Source of the DNA: Octopus sinensis
Lineage: Eukaryota
Length of the DNA: 64,000 nucleotides
Assembly (NCBI RefSeq): GCF_006345805.1
Contig: NC_043004.1
Location: 23,126,001 to 23,190,000, forward strand
Direction of reading: 5' to 3'
In this document: in pieces, positions 1 through 13,505 of the stretch
Layout: the number at the start of each line of letters is the position of its first letter
How positions within the stretch are numbered: the first letter of the stretch is position 1
Translations under genes and position numbers: made by a program
The notes under the pieces: generated by a model
Seen by the model: only the letters and a program-made list of their open reading frames with translations
Told to the model about the DNA's origin: nothing
Databases searched by the model: none

Positions 1-445
1 ACATCACAATCAAGATAAGGGTAGTACTGTTGTAATTATGGACACAGAACAATACAAAACTCTGTATCTCACCTCTTACAAGATACTACTTTCTATGGAA
101 GACGATGTTCAGATAAAATACACTCATTTGCCAACATCAAAAGAACCTAACAACAAAGTAATGCGACTGCTTAATAAATTTTGATTGCAAAATCAACAAC
201 CTCTATGGCCTTCCAAAAATCCACTAGAGCAAAATATTTACCGAAGCTTGCAAAAAGTTCGCCTCAACCTGCATCACCGTAACGTTTTTATTCCACTAAT
301 AAAGGAGTATTTTATACGAATACTAGAGTCATTCGATATTTTTATTGAAAACAATAAAAATATCGATATATTGATATTTTTATTGAAAACAATCCGTTAT
401 TAGATTTAATATTCCAATGTTGTAGACCACTAGTACACTAATATT
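1..445 (+). pseudogene. Degenerate Penelope-like element (PLE) reverse transcriptase fragment, cut by the window start
   Basis: Frame from base 2 reads DKGSTVVIMDTEQY (14-55; cf. PLE motif ADKGxxVVIxxxxY). 201-224 reads LYGLPKIH (cf. FYGLPKIHK). About 415-445 reads NVVDH*YTNI (cf. DVxSLYTNIP). Stops and frameshifts lie between the motifs. Confidence 0.75.
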
Positions 446-2265
446 TATATTTATGCATGCGTGCGAGTGTATGCTTGTGTGTCCATTTACATTAGTTTTT
501 CAGACCAATGACAAAGCAACATATAAATGATATGGAATAAGCACAGGTTTGTTTAAATATACGTGTAACAGTCTGATAAACAGGATGCGTTGTCATTTAT
601 CATGAGTATCAGTTGTTAATAGAAAAGAGAGAGGTGAGAGAAAAAGAACGGTTGAGAGACAAAAAGTTGACGATAAATTGACGTACTAAAGAATAGTCAT
701 TTGACTGCAGCCACTGGAGCACTGACTTTAAAATAAATATATGTTCAATTTTATTGCGTATATGCAGGGTATATGAAATCAAGGTCGTATGATTTTTCTT
801 TCGCTTCTCTGGAACAATTGCATGTTTTAATGAAGAATATTTCGTCTCTCAACTTACATTTCTTCATATCTAATTTAATGGTAACGTTTTGTTGGTCTAT
901 TTTTCGAAGTATGAAGTTTAAAATTGTGTTTGAATTTTCGTTTCTAATAATCTAATTTACATCTCTAACAATATTAGGTGAAAATGCAACGACAGCATTA
1001 AATTCGTTATGTCATACTAAATTTTCATCATAAGTTAAGAAATCTGTCTTTTGATTTCCATCTTGTTTCGTAGAAAATTTGTTTAAAATTTGCATGAGCA
1101 AGCAACGTTTGCCACTGTCTCTTTCAGGATAACTTGATGTGTCTATACTTATAATTAAATGAACTAAAGAGATTTTAAATTTTATTCTAGACAAGAAAGT
1201 TTTTGATTGCCTTATTATCTTGCCTGTACTTTCATATATTTAGACTGATCCACTTGATATTAAATTTAAGAACTGCTGTCTCTCCACTTCTTTACGACTA
1301 TTATTTGTGTGTCTGTGTGTGATTTATTTCTGATATATTTATATAAAGACATATTAACATATGAATCTACAACAATTGATGTGCCTCGTTCTGGATTTTC
1401 TTCTCGTAGTTAACGGAATTTAACAATGCTTATTGCTTATAATATCCTGGACCTGAAACGAACCGTGATGTCATCATTTTTTTCCACACTTACAGTACAT
1501 TAAAGATCTTTATGGATATTTTGCCTATCAATAAAGCTACACAACTGTAGAGATAAAGCATTAGATTAGATTGATCTCAGTACGAGACTAATATTTATAG
1601 ATTTATTTTATTTTATTGTCTTTATTTTATTGTCTCGGTGGGATTTGAACTTTGAACATAAAGTTTCGAAGCTAATTACTGCGAGAATGTAACGAAATAT
1701 TACGTAATTTAGCCGAGACTATTTATCCCAGCAGTTATGAAAAACATTGATATATTCTAAATATGAAATGAAATACGGCATAGTAATGTTTAAAATGTAG
1801 CAAAGATATCAAGAGAAGCAGTGACGATGTTAGTTAGTATGACTGACACTGATGCATCAAATCCTTCTCGCTACAGAATACGAAATTATCCAAATTCGTG
1901 AACTTCAGTACCATTAAGCTAATATAACTGACATGACGTGCTCAAAAATCGGGTCAGAAATGAATTGCGTTGTAGAAAGGTAACATTATCTGAATCAACT
2001 ATATTAATGATTGCTCCTAATAGGAGACACAATTCAGAACATTTTTCGATATGACTAGATCTCCTCAGAGTGACGTAAGGTATGCCTTACTTAGCAATTT
2101 ACTGATGGAAAAATCATTGAGTAAAACTCAATTGAATGACGTATGCACAAAGGTCTCATTGAAACTGTTCAAAATTCAATGACGCTGCTCTCTGCATTCA
2201 ATATTCGTTACAACTGGTTTTCTTTGAATAAACGAAAACAATATCTTACCAGTAATTCTTAGTAC

Positions 2266-2326
2266 CTAAATTTGCTAGAAATTACTTTCAAAGGTTTCCT
2301 TTGAAAGTAATTTCTAGCAAATTTAG
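2266..2326. repeat. Perfect 29-bp inverted repeat with a 3-nt loop
   Basis: 2266-2294 CTAAATTTGCTAGAAATTACTTTCAAAGG is the exact reverse complement of 2298-2326; the loop is TTT. Confidence 0.95.
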
Positions 2327-2575
2327 AACTACGCGATCGTGCAGCCTTCTGTATATTATACCTGAAACAAATAATGGATAATCTTGTATAATAATAACAT
2401 TTAATTATGGCTTTGCTTCTGTAACAAATAAAAATATGGAGTGTTCTCTGCTGGACTTCCTTTACTTAAAACCAATCTGACCAGATATGCAGAGGCTGAT
2501 TGATGCCTAAAAATATCAAAAATACCAATAAACTAACGTAAATTAATTTAATTACTAATATCAAGTGTGAGATAA

Positions 2576-2790
2576 GATGTCTAACTGACAGAACCGTTAG
2601 CATGCTGTACAAGACGCTTAGCGGCATTTCGTCCGTCTTTATATTCTGAGTTCAAATTCCAGCAAGGTGGACTTTGCTTTCATTCGTTCAGGGTCGATAA
2701 AGTAACAGTTGAGTTCTGGGTTTCGATATAATCGACTTACCCCTCCTCCTTAAAATTACTAGCTTTTTGTCAAAATTTGAAGCTAATATA
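2576..2790 (+). mobile_element. tRNA-derived SINE, family A, diverged copy
   Basis: Matches the family A consensus seen elsewhere in the window (GAATCGTTAGCA...CATTTCGTCCGTCTTT...CTGAGTTCAAATTCC...GTCGAT..AATCGACT...CAAAATTTGAA). Confidence 0.8.
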
Positions 2791-3400
2791 AAGTGTGATA
2801 GTTATTACTTTCATTTAACAATGGAGTCAAACGATTATGCATACAAGATACTTTTACAACCTTTTCTACATAACAAGAACAGCTACAACGACTACTACTA
2901 CTAATATTACAACTGCTACTTCTAATAATACCACAATAGCTATTGCTAATGCTATCATCTGCAATACTAAATTCATGTGTATCTTACACTCGTTTCTATA
3001 TTTCCCTGTCATTACCCACCACACACCGTCATAGTATAGATCTATAAATATGAAACCAAGTGTGTATTTGTGTTGTGTGTATGTATATATGTATGTACAT
3101 AACAGTGGAAATTTTGGGGTATTATTTATTGAGAATGACATTTTTAATTACCCACAGGAGTTGAATACGTAACAATTCATCGAACCAAGAATTAAAAGAA
3201 ATGTTTCAGTCTTGTCTTTTAATATGTAACTATTCAGCATTAAATATTTTCTAGTATTTAACAGTATTCTCCAGTATTTTTATCTCATATATAAAACATA
3301 ACATTTAAAAGTATACTTTGGGGAGTTGAAATATGCAGGTATGTTTCATACGGCACAGCTGGCATTATAATCCGATCTATGTATTTGATAGATCGATAGG

Positions 3401-3456
<56 letters not shown>

Positions 3457-4334
3457 CAGATAGATACACACATACATACATACATACATTCAGACAGGCA
3501 GGTAGCTAGCTAGATAGATAGATGTACATAAGTACATATGTGTATGTGTACCTGTGTGTGAATATGCATGTGTATTTATCAGTATAAATGTCCTATCAAT
3601 AACATTTGTCTTTCAATTTGACTACAAGCAGAAGGGTTGTTGCCTTCCTGACAGTTTTTATGTCTCTTCGCTATTTATTTTTCTGCTCTCAATTGTTCTG
3701 TCTTTTTATGGAAATAAAAAACTATGGCAAAAACGTTAAGGTATACTTCTAATTATATTTCTCAGTACTGGAAACCAATAACTACATATAAATTGCTTTG
3801 CATAGTATTTTTCTTTTGCGATATCATTTCATGTTATATTTCTTATTTCTCCTTTCTCTGTCTATCTGTTTCTCTCACTCTTTCTCTCTCCCTCACTCCT
3901 CTCCCTTTTTATTTATTTCTTTCTCTCTCTCACTCTCTCTCTACTTTGCCCTCTCTCTCTCCTTCTCTCTCTGTACAAATATGAGGCGAAACATTCCTCT
4001 AATATCACCTACTTTTATCTTATCAAATGCTTGCTTGTAAAGTTTGCAGTTCTTATTTGTGTTCTGTCCACTCCTTGTTCTACAATATTTTTAGAGGCTT
4101 CCAGCCTTAGCTATTGAACACTGCTAAGCATTGTGGTTATTTCAGTAGGTAATTCAAACTACATTACAATATTTAGTTGATGAGGTGGAGATTTATTTTA
4201 TATCGTATTTTGTTTATACTGTTCTTATCTATTTGCTATCTTCTTAAGTAATGTCTAATTGTTGTTGTATTTCCCTACTTTCTTAATAAACTCGTATCAC
4301 AATGTATTCTTTCATTCATTTCTGCCACAAACCT

Positions 4335-4372
<38 letters not shown>

Positions 4373-5319
4373 AATACATTTTCCTTCTCCTTACTCTGCT
4401 TTTCTGTTCTATTTTTCATAGCTGATGTCTTTTGTTATTTTCTAGTGCACAATTTTTCCTTATATATTTGTGTATGTGTGTGTGTGAGCTCGCACGTACA
4501 AAAACAGAATCGTAGAGTTAGCTTCACATAGCAATCCACAGTATTCTGTTATTAATGTTTTCTTCATTTATTGATTGTAGCGCAGTCCTAAAATTCAAGT
4601 CTGAGGGTTCTTTTATTAAATTGAACTTTCTCACTTGAAATTTTGGCCTTCTCTATCAACATGCAGCACACGTATAAGTTTAATTCTGTTTAATTTTGGA
4701 GATGTCTTTTCTGTGGAATATATTCAATAAAGTAAAATTGATCTTCTTGCTAAAGACACATTTGAACTGGCAATATAGTGGAAATTTAAATAAAAGTCGA
4801 CAACAAACGTATTTACATTCTTATTTAGTTATTTTAATGGTTTCAGTCATTGGAATGAAGCCATGCTGGGCCACTGAGTTGAAATGCTTTAACTCTTATA
4901 TCGATCCAGAAATTAGCAGGCAGTTCATTTTACCGATTTTCGCTAATCAAATGATCGATTTAACATATTGAGTTATGGATCGTATAGAGTCTTACTTTCT
5001 CTCTGCTGACTGTAAATACCAGATATTATTTTTAAAAACCTTTCCGTATCTACATAATCTATATAGTGCTTTACCTCCGTTTTGAAATCCTTATATATAT
5101 ATACAGAGATGGGGAGAGAGGGAATCAGGGATAGGAACAGAGAGTGAGAGAAAGAGAGAGACGGGCGGACTACTCACCCTGTTTCGCACAGTAAATATTT
5201 AATCGAAATAAATATGCTACAGAATCGTACTCCGTGATTTTCACGGGTGTGAAGCTTAAATAATGCAGTCCTGCACTGAACAGTTTAGTGCATGCATTTA
5301 TATATATATATATATATAT

Positions 5320-6000
5320 GGGAACAGGACGTCACCAACTGTGTACACAACACAAAGTATGAAAACAAACGAGTTAAATACGCAAACAATGAGAGGAAAA
5401 TGGAAAACAGGAAAGTAAACACAGAGAATGACCCTTTATCAGTAGTCAGCTGTCTACTCCTCATTTCGATCATTCAACGACAATATGAATCTCCAAAGAT
5501 AGCTGCTCCCATAAATTCCAAAATCAGATTTTGTTTTTTTGGAGGGTCAAAGTTAGGAACAAAAGCAGGACAGTGGAGACATACAAGGAAACCGAACAAA
5601 AGCAAACAAGGAGAGTTGTTAGACCAGAACGAGAGGAAAATAGTGAACACTGGGAGGAATATTTTCTTTGAAAAGAGGATAGAGGAAAGCGAAAGAAAAC
5701 GTCTAGTCCTTAGAATGTCGTGCAGGAAAGGAAATATGGTCAGTTGAAGAAAAGAATGATGGACGATGGTTGGTCCATAAATCCAAAATTTTATTTTGCA
5801 ATTTGTGGGAGCAGCTGTCTTTGATGACTCATATTGTCGTTGAATACTCGAAATGTGGAGTAGATACACAACCGGCAACTGATGAAGGGTCGTTCTCTGT
5901 TTACTTGTGCTGTTTTCCCTTTTTTCTCCGGTGCTTGCGTATATAACTCGTATGTTTTCGTACTTCATGTTGTTTACACAGTTGGTGACATCTTGTACCC
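5320..6000. mobile_element. Non-autonomous DNA transposon (MITE-like), 681 bp, with about 215-bp imperfect terminal inverted repeats, inserted in (TA)n
   Basis: The left end GGGAACAGGACGTCACCAACTGTGTACACAAC (5320) mirrors the right end GTTGTTTACACAGTTGGTGACATCTTGTACCC (6000). The arms (about 5320-5535 and 5783-6000) are roughly 80% identical by eye. TA repeats flank both sides. The mirrored ORF-track peptides IQRQYESPKIAAP and IQRQYESSKTAAP arise from this symmetry. Confidence 0.9.
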
Positions 6001-7087
6001 ATATATATATGTATGTGTGTACGTATGTGTGTGTGTATGTATATATATATGTATTGTTTATTATTTAATTGAACGCCACGCATCCATTTCCAAGTGTGTG
6101 TGTATATATATATATGTGTGTATGTGTGTGCGTGCGTGTGTGTGTGTGTACACGCACGCTGAATTATACTTAGTGAGCGAATGATTCGCGTTCTTTTTCT
6201 ATTTTTGCGTGTTGTTGTTGTCGTTGTTGTCTGCAGGAGACAAAGATTAACTCTCCGGTGCTAAATAATAAAAATTATGAGAACTTTTCTATCATTTGCT
6301 TAGCAAATTCCAAACTTTATATATTTGTATAAATGTAATGAATCACTTTTGACATAGTTTTCTGTCACTATTAATATATATAACGTTCACCCTGCTTCGA
6401 TTCAGCAACCGGCTGACATGACCACCTACCGAAACGATTACACAACTCAACTTCGATAACATATCACAGCTTAAATACATGAAAAAATAACAGATTGATT
6501 TAACGAAATAGATATCACGGTTACTGAGAAAGTTAGCCAAATCAATTCCAAATAAGAGCAGAATTTAAATATATTGAATAACAATACAAAGTTCATATTT
6601 TCTCATTTCAATAGCGAATGAAGGAAAATTGCAATCATAGATGAACAGAAAATATTCTGTACTATTGTCTGTTTAAAAAGATGAGTCTGTCTATATTGTT
6701 TATGTATTATGTTTATGTATAATTTACTGCAGCAAAATTGACCGAATAATGTTAGATTGTTTGGTCATCTCAGTATGTATACGGAGAATGGTAGTATAAA
6801 CGTTAGTTATGAGTGTATCTGTATGTGTGTATGTGTAGGCGTGTGTGCGTGCGTGTGGTAATGAGTGTGTACGAGAAAGAGAGAAGACGATCAATAGAAT
6901 GTACTTTAAGGAGAATATTTTTTCCCTCAAACTTCGATATCCACCAACGTTTTACAAACATAACCAAAATGCAATATGTATGCTAGCATTTTGGAGAGAG
7001 TGAGTTATATAGAGAGAAAAAAAGATCATTGCGTGCGAATTAATGCGTAAGTATCCTGTGTACATTTAGGGTGAGATACATACAAAC

Positions 7088-7128
<41 letters not shown>

Positions 7129-7129
7129 C

Positions 7130-7164
<35 letters not shown>

Positions 7165-7309
7165 TACAGACAAACAGACATACACACAGATGTGTGCATG
7201 TGTATGCTTGTGTGCTCGTATGTGTGTCGTTTAATGAATACATTTTGAAAACATGAGCTGCTAATAGTCTCATGTCATGGAGACACGGTAAAACAACAGA
7301 TTAATATAT

Positions 7310-7560
7310 TGTGCCTAATAATTTTTCAAGCTCACTGAACATGGTTAGTCGAATTTGGAAACTAAGACGCTGGTACATGAGAAAGGATGAGAAAAACGTG
7401 ATGGCTGATGCAAAAAAAAAAATGAGAAACATGGATCGAGAAGACAAAAGATGGATCAAAACGAAAAAAGAAACAAAACCAAGAGTTACGTTCCCTTTGT
7501 GAAATGAGCCCGAAGGACTGCTTTGAGAGTGCTTAGAGACTACTCGGAGGTACAATTCTA
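7310..7560 (+). mobile_element. Probable degenerate RTE-clade LINE ORF 3' fragment
   Basis: The peptide RIWKLRRWYMRKDEKNV...KKETKPRVTF loosely resembles the RTE C-terminal RRWxWxGHVLR...RGRPKxTW region. Weak, by-eye match. Confidence 0.35.
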
Positions 7561-7989
7561 CTGAAGTACCGTATCCCCATGTCATGAAAAGATTAGTAGC
7601 TCCTTTTTTATAATACCTTGGACATTGACTGATACTTATCTGTCACTGAATATATATAGAGAGAGGTATATATATATGTGTGTGTGTGTGTGTGCGTGTG
7701 TGGTGTGTGTGTGTGTGTGTCTGTGTGTGTGGATTTGTGTGTCGCTGTGTCTGTATTTTCCCCAAACAACTGTTGACAACTGTTATTGGTGTGTTTACGT
7801 CACATAGAAGAGGCCGCTAGCATAAGTACCAGGCTTGAAAAATGAGTACTGGTTCCATTCGTTCGACTTGCATTCTTCAAGGCGATGGCCCAACATGATC
7901 GTAAATTGGTTAATTTAATCATGTTTGAGATCAAAGCTACTCTGTATGTATATGTTTGCAAGTATTATAATTTTATACGAGGCATGACG

Positions 7990-8022
7990 ATAACTTTCGG
8001 ATTACTTACCTTCGTATACATT

Positions 8023-8076
<54 letters not shown>

Positions 8077-8118
8077 TATATATGTATACGGTACATGTAT
8101 ATAAAGTATATATACGTA

Positions 8119-8193
<75 letters not shown>

Positions 8194-8195
8194 GT
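7990..8195. repeat. Compound (TA)n/(TATG)n microsatellite
   Basis: Directly visible. Confidence 0.95.
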
Positions 8196-9590
8196 ACCCT
8201 ATATCATCACAGTTTTCAAGTTAAACTTTTAAAATAGTTTACGCAAATTCACCGTTTCGAACATAAACTAAGGAGCAGACTTCAATTATTTCACTTTTGT
8301 TGCGGCTATTGTGTAACGTTATTGACCATAACGGATCATATCTTATTTTCTTTATTCTGTAGAAATACAATAGCTTCCACTGTTTTTGTACAGTCCATCA
8401 TCGCTCATAAATCCATACATTTTTTCTCCAGTAAAAATCATTTGCATTTTTTATGTTTATTTACATTTTAGAAAATGACAGTAATTACACTTACATCTCA
8501 ATATATTTCCTCATATACAGTTAAAATATCTATTTGAGTAGGTGAATTATATACCGGAAAATTATATTTTTTATAGTAAATATCTCATGGTAAACATTAA
8601 GTTTTTTATACATAACTATACACACATACATTTAAGAATATAAATTCTATGTTTTTACTGCTTTCTCTCACATATATTTACATTTCACATAAAGTGGAAC
8701 GTATTTTTTAAAGTGATTTCTTAAGTTGTTTATTCTCTTTTTATTTTAATGTCTGCATAAAAATCGTTAACAAACAATAATACTCAGACATTACTACTAT
8801 AAATTAAGCTATCCCTTTCGTCTAAAGTATTTTTCTTTGGGAAATTATGACTTACGATTGTATAGAAAGCGATCGATAATCCCACTCGTAATTTACCAAT
8901 TTTTATTCATCAACTTCAGGTGCTCTAATATATTTAGCTGGAAACTATTTATGCAGAATATTCATTCTTGTTATATTGGAATTTGAATCTAAAATATTCA
9001 CAAAACGTAGAGGGAGAAAGTATAAATGTCTATATGCTGTCATGAGCAGAGAGAAACAAAATTTGTTTGGAGAACTCAGTAAATTATCATCGGAGCCGCG
9101 TTAGCTCCAGAATAAAAACAATGTCTCAATAGCCGCCACTATTATACATACATACTTATACACACGCACGTATCTAGACGCACATACATATATACATACA
9201 CATATTCATATATATATATAAATATATATGTGTGTGTGTGTGTGTGTATGTATGACAGTTACGAGTATATATTTGATGAGTGCAACAATGTACGGTCAGT
9301 GATATGTTAAATTGTCTATTCAGTCGTACTGGATATTCATTAGAGGTAACGTAGTCTTGTCTAGACTTTCTCGTCTAGTCTTACCATATTACGTTATACA
9401 CCGGTATCAGATTTAATGATCTTAGCATATGCTACGACATTCATTATCATACACAAATATATATATATATATATAGATCGGTTCTATAGAAATCGAGGAA
9501 CTTTTTATTTATATACGATATAGCATATATATATATATGCACATATATATACACACATACATACATACATACATACATACATACATACAT

Positions 9591-9621
<31 letters not shown>

Positions 9622-9833
9622 CAGACATACACGCACACGAGCACAATCAGATGCGCACATATGTATGTATATATTGTGCCGTGTGTGTGTAAATAGTCGT
9701 GCGACTGCCACTGATAAGTTTAGAGCTCCACATGAACTATCATCATAGATAGATGTATAGGTAGATGGATGGATTGGGAGACAGGCAAACAGACAAATAG
9801 ACAGAGGGACGGACGGAGGGAGGGATATTAAGG

Positions 9834-10016
9834 GGGTGAGCTGGTGCAATCGTTAGCATCCTGAAGAAAATACTTCTGCATTTCTTCCAGCTTTAATTTC
9901 TACCTCCAAATTCCACCTAGGTCGACCTCTCCCAAGGTGCCACGCAGTGGAACTGAACCCGGAACCATGTCGTTCGTAAGCAAGCTACTTACCACGCAGC
10001 TACTCCTCTGCCTATA
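9834..10016. mobile_element. Fused SINE chimera: family A 5' part (+, about 9834-9930) joined to family B head (-, about 9931-10016)
   Basis: GGTGAGCTGGTGCAATCGTTAGCA...GGTCGACCTCT runs directly into CCCAAGGTGCCACGCAGTGGAACTGAACCCGGAACC...CTACTCCTCTGCCTATA, the reverse complement of the family B head. Confidence 0.75.
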
Positions 10017-10663
10017 AATAAATAAATAAATATATATATATATATGTATTTATGTTTACATATAGATAAGTGCATATTTATATATATATATGTGTGTGTG
10101 TGTAGGGTAATTATAGATAAAGAGGAATCTTACAAATGTGTGTGTCTAAGAAAATCAGATGACCAAGGAATAAAGAATTATCTTAGGAACTTGATTAGCC
10201 TAGAGCTGTTTCAGCTATACCATCACCTTGTAGCTTCATCGGAGCTTCGGCAATGAAGGGCAATTTATTTGGTAAAAGAATTATATTTATATTTCTGTGG
10301 GTGTGTGTCTGTGTGTGTGTTTCTGCGCGCGTGTGTGTCTGTTTGTCTGTCTGTCTTTGTGTCTGTCTTTTTCCCCCTATAACCGCCTGACAACTGGTGT
10401 TGCTGTGTTTATTTCCCTCGACTTAGAGGTTTGCCATAAGTGACCAATAAAATAAGTACTAGGGTTAAAAAACATACACACATACATATATATACATTTA
10501 TATATATATATACATTTATATATATAAGTCCAGTAGACGATTTGTTCAACTAAAAAACGCCTCGAGGCAGTGCTCCACCATGGCCACCATCAAACGACTG
10601 AAATAGGTAAAAGAATAAAAGATATATATGTATATCTTCTTTTATTTAAATATATATTAGTGC

Positions 10664-10852
10664 ATGAGTGGTTGTGTTGTAAGAATTTTGCTTTCCAGCC
10701 AAATGCTTCGGGTTGAGTACCACTGCTAAGGCAGAAGACACTTTGGGCAAGTGTCTTCTGCTATAGCCGCTTGCAGAAGCTGGTACGCAATGGGACTGAA
10801 CACGGAACCATGAGGCTGAGAAGCAAGCTTCTTACCACACAGCCACTCCTGC
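10664..10852. mobile_element. Two family B SINE heads in inverted orientation
   Basis: A + strand head (GAGTGGTTGTGTTGTAAG...GGGCAAGTGTCTTCTGCTATAGCC) is followed by a - strand head (GGGACTGAACACGGAACC...ACCACACAGCCACTCCTGCG). Confidence 0.7.
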
Positions 10853-10881
10853 GGTGGTGTGTATATATATTCCTATATATA

Positions 10882-10958
<77 letters not shown>

Positions 10959-10977
10959 ATATATATAATATATATAT

Positions 10978-11016
<39 letters not shown>

Positions 11017-12095
11017 AGAAGCGTACGATGTGTCACACGTCTGCTGCGAAATGATCGCAAAACAGTGTGAAGTGAAATGGGTTTGTTCAAGAACTTAACG
11101 CACTAAGAATCGAAACCTCCATCTCATGATCGTGAGCGCAGCACATTAACCACTAGTCCATGCACCTCATATATATGTGTGTGTATGCGTGTGTGTACAT
11201 ATGTGCATACACGTATATATCTATATATATATAGGTTTCGTTTAACATATAGGAGGATTAGAAATCAATATATTATGCATGTTATGTAAATTATTTGCCA
11301 ACGATCAACTGTTTCGTACTAAATCACTTAACTCCAAGCTCTCGTGTTACTGTAGCTCCTACGGTAAGAAAGTATATAAAATTTAAAGTGCGAAGAGAAC
11401 GTAGGGGTTTGTGGTATGAATTTGAATTAGTAAGTTGGCACGAGTTGCACTGAATGTGTACATGAGGATTTTTCTATTTAATTTTATTTCGTGCTTTGCT
11501 TAATAACGTGTTGCAAATGTCTTGTAAATGCACAGTTAACCTATGGGAGAATGTATTTATGAGAATGATGTAATTCTCGAAACTTGAACTTTAGAATTAC
11601 CATGTTTATATTTACATTTTTCTCTTACATTAGTTGTTTGAAGTCAGTTCTGTGAATAGGAAGTTTGTATGTTTGTGCCGAAGAGAAGGTTCTTCATTCT
11701 AGTAGAATTATCTAACAAATACATATTTCTCTTGTGACCTGCCACAAACTGAGAATAAACGTGTCATTATAATCAATGCCTTATTTTGATGATGATGTCG
11801 ATGAGGTCTTATAAAATTTGTAGTCCAAAAGGATTTCAGGACATTATTCTTCCAAAATGAAAGCAAAGAAATTAATAAAGTCATATTAAAAACCCTAATA
11901 AAGCTATCAAACTTAGATACACTTATAGTATACTTGACATATTTATTTACCCAAATATAGCTCTATGTGTGGGTGTGGTCGGGTGTACATTTATAATTAC
12001 AATTTATGGGTGTATTGTCTTTTTTTATCAGTGTGCATATACAGAATTGTATAACATAAAATCTCGCGAAATTCCCACATTACTTGTTCGTATAT

Positions 12096-12398
12096 GTTTG
12101 TTCCTTCTCGAGCCATGCCTGGCTCACAGGGCTTGTTTCCCGGTTTCCTTGGTGTATAGGTTCCCCACCTAGACGGGACGCCGGTCCGTCGCAGGTGAGC
12201 TGCAAGATGCAGGAGGAAAGAGTGAGAGAAAGTTGTGGCGAAAGAGTCAGCAGAATTTCGCAATTACTTTCTGCCGGAGCCACGTGGAGCTTAAGTGTTT
12301 CGCTCATAAACACACACACATCGACCAGTCTGAGATTCGAACCTGCGATCCCTCGACCGCGAGTCCGCTGCTCTAACCACTAGGTCATGTGCCTCCAC
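12096..12398 (-). mobile_element. Full-length, well-preserved tRNA-derived SINE (family C) with a Meta/V-like central domain and an 11-bp TSD
   Basis: The minus strand starts GTGGAGGCACATGACCTAGTGGTTAGAGC, with an A-box and the B-box GGTTCGAATC. The central CCTGCGACGGACCGGCGTCCCGTCTAGG...GGAAACCGGGA resembles the MetaSINE core as recalled. TSD is TGTTCGTATAT (12085-12095) and TGTTCATATAT (12399-12409), one mismatch. Confidence 0.85.
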
Positions 12399-13451
12399 TG
12401 TTCATATATCCACTTACCTATTACCGAACAAATTATCGATCTTGCTTCCATACGGGCTTGCCAATAATTCATTCAGTAGACAACTTCCTACCTCGGCACT
12501 ACCTGACTCAAATGAAGGAGTTCGATTTTAAGTTTCAGTTCTTTGAGCACTGTCCTGGGACTATTCCATGCGTGTCTTAGCATGCTACAGTATCTTTTAC
12601 ATCGAGAAATGATGTGTGTGTGTGCGTATGTGTGAATGTGTGTTTATGTGCGTGCGTATGTAAGTGTGTTTGTACGTGAACGTATTTATAGATAGATAGA
12701 CAGAAAGATAAATAGACAGACAGACAGACAGACAGACAGATAGATAAATAACTGAGTGTGCGCGCGTCTCTGTCTCTGTGTGTGTGTAAGCAACCTGAAA
12801 AAAACATTATTTCAAATAAAAGCTACAGTTTACTACTAAAGAGCATAATACAAATACAGTACTGTGAAGAATGTTTTTTTTTAATAGTAATACTATAAGC
12901 TGATGTAATCTTGTTACTACTAAATCTTAATCATCTAAAATATTAATATTAACAGATTTTAGTTGACATTTGAAAAGAATATTGAGATAACTTGTACACA
13001 AGAAATAATGAATGTCTTCATAGATGCCGAAACATAGATGGGTATTGTCAATTTATGATCTTAGTGTGGATAATTTGATAAAATGCTACTTTGTCGGGAC
13101 TGACCTAAGGTTAAAAACCAATAATAATAATAATAGAGCCAGTGAACATTTTACAACGTTAATAGAAAACAAATCTGCGCGGCTGAGGAGATCATTTCTC
13201 AATCTCGTTGTTTCGCGCTCAATCCTGCTGTACAGAATTTTCTGTACTACCTGCCATAATTTCGGGTCAACTAAAGACATATGAGAAGAAATTGGTTGAA
13301 ATGTGTGAAGACTTGGTAAAAAGACGATTGTGTTTAGTCTAAGGTGATAGGTTTAATCCGACAAGAGATTTAACACTAAAACGTAGCCCTAGGTGTTCAC
13401 TTAGTTATAAGTATTTTCCGGTCTGAGAACAACTCCTGTCATTTGTCTTAC

Positions 13452-13505
13452 CAGTTTTTGAAATCCTGGCAATCATGGCTTCTCCCTTCTTCTATTAAGT
13501 AAGCC
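13452..13505 (-). CDS. Candidate 54-bp internal coding exon (phase 2-2), AYLIEEGRSHDCQDFKN; product unknown
   Basis: Strong acceptor TTCTTCTTTTTTTTTAAG| and donor G|GTAAGA. Symmetric length. An open frame exists. No homology recognised. Confidence 0.3.

Noticed and set aside
5292-5968. Two overlapping antisense ORFs of 151 and 164 aa with similar peptides
   Set aside because: The similarity is the TIR symmetry of the MITE. No transposase motif is present.
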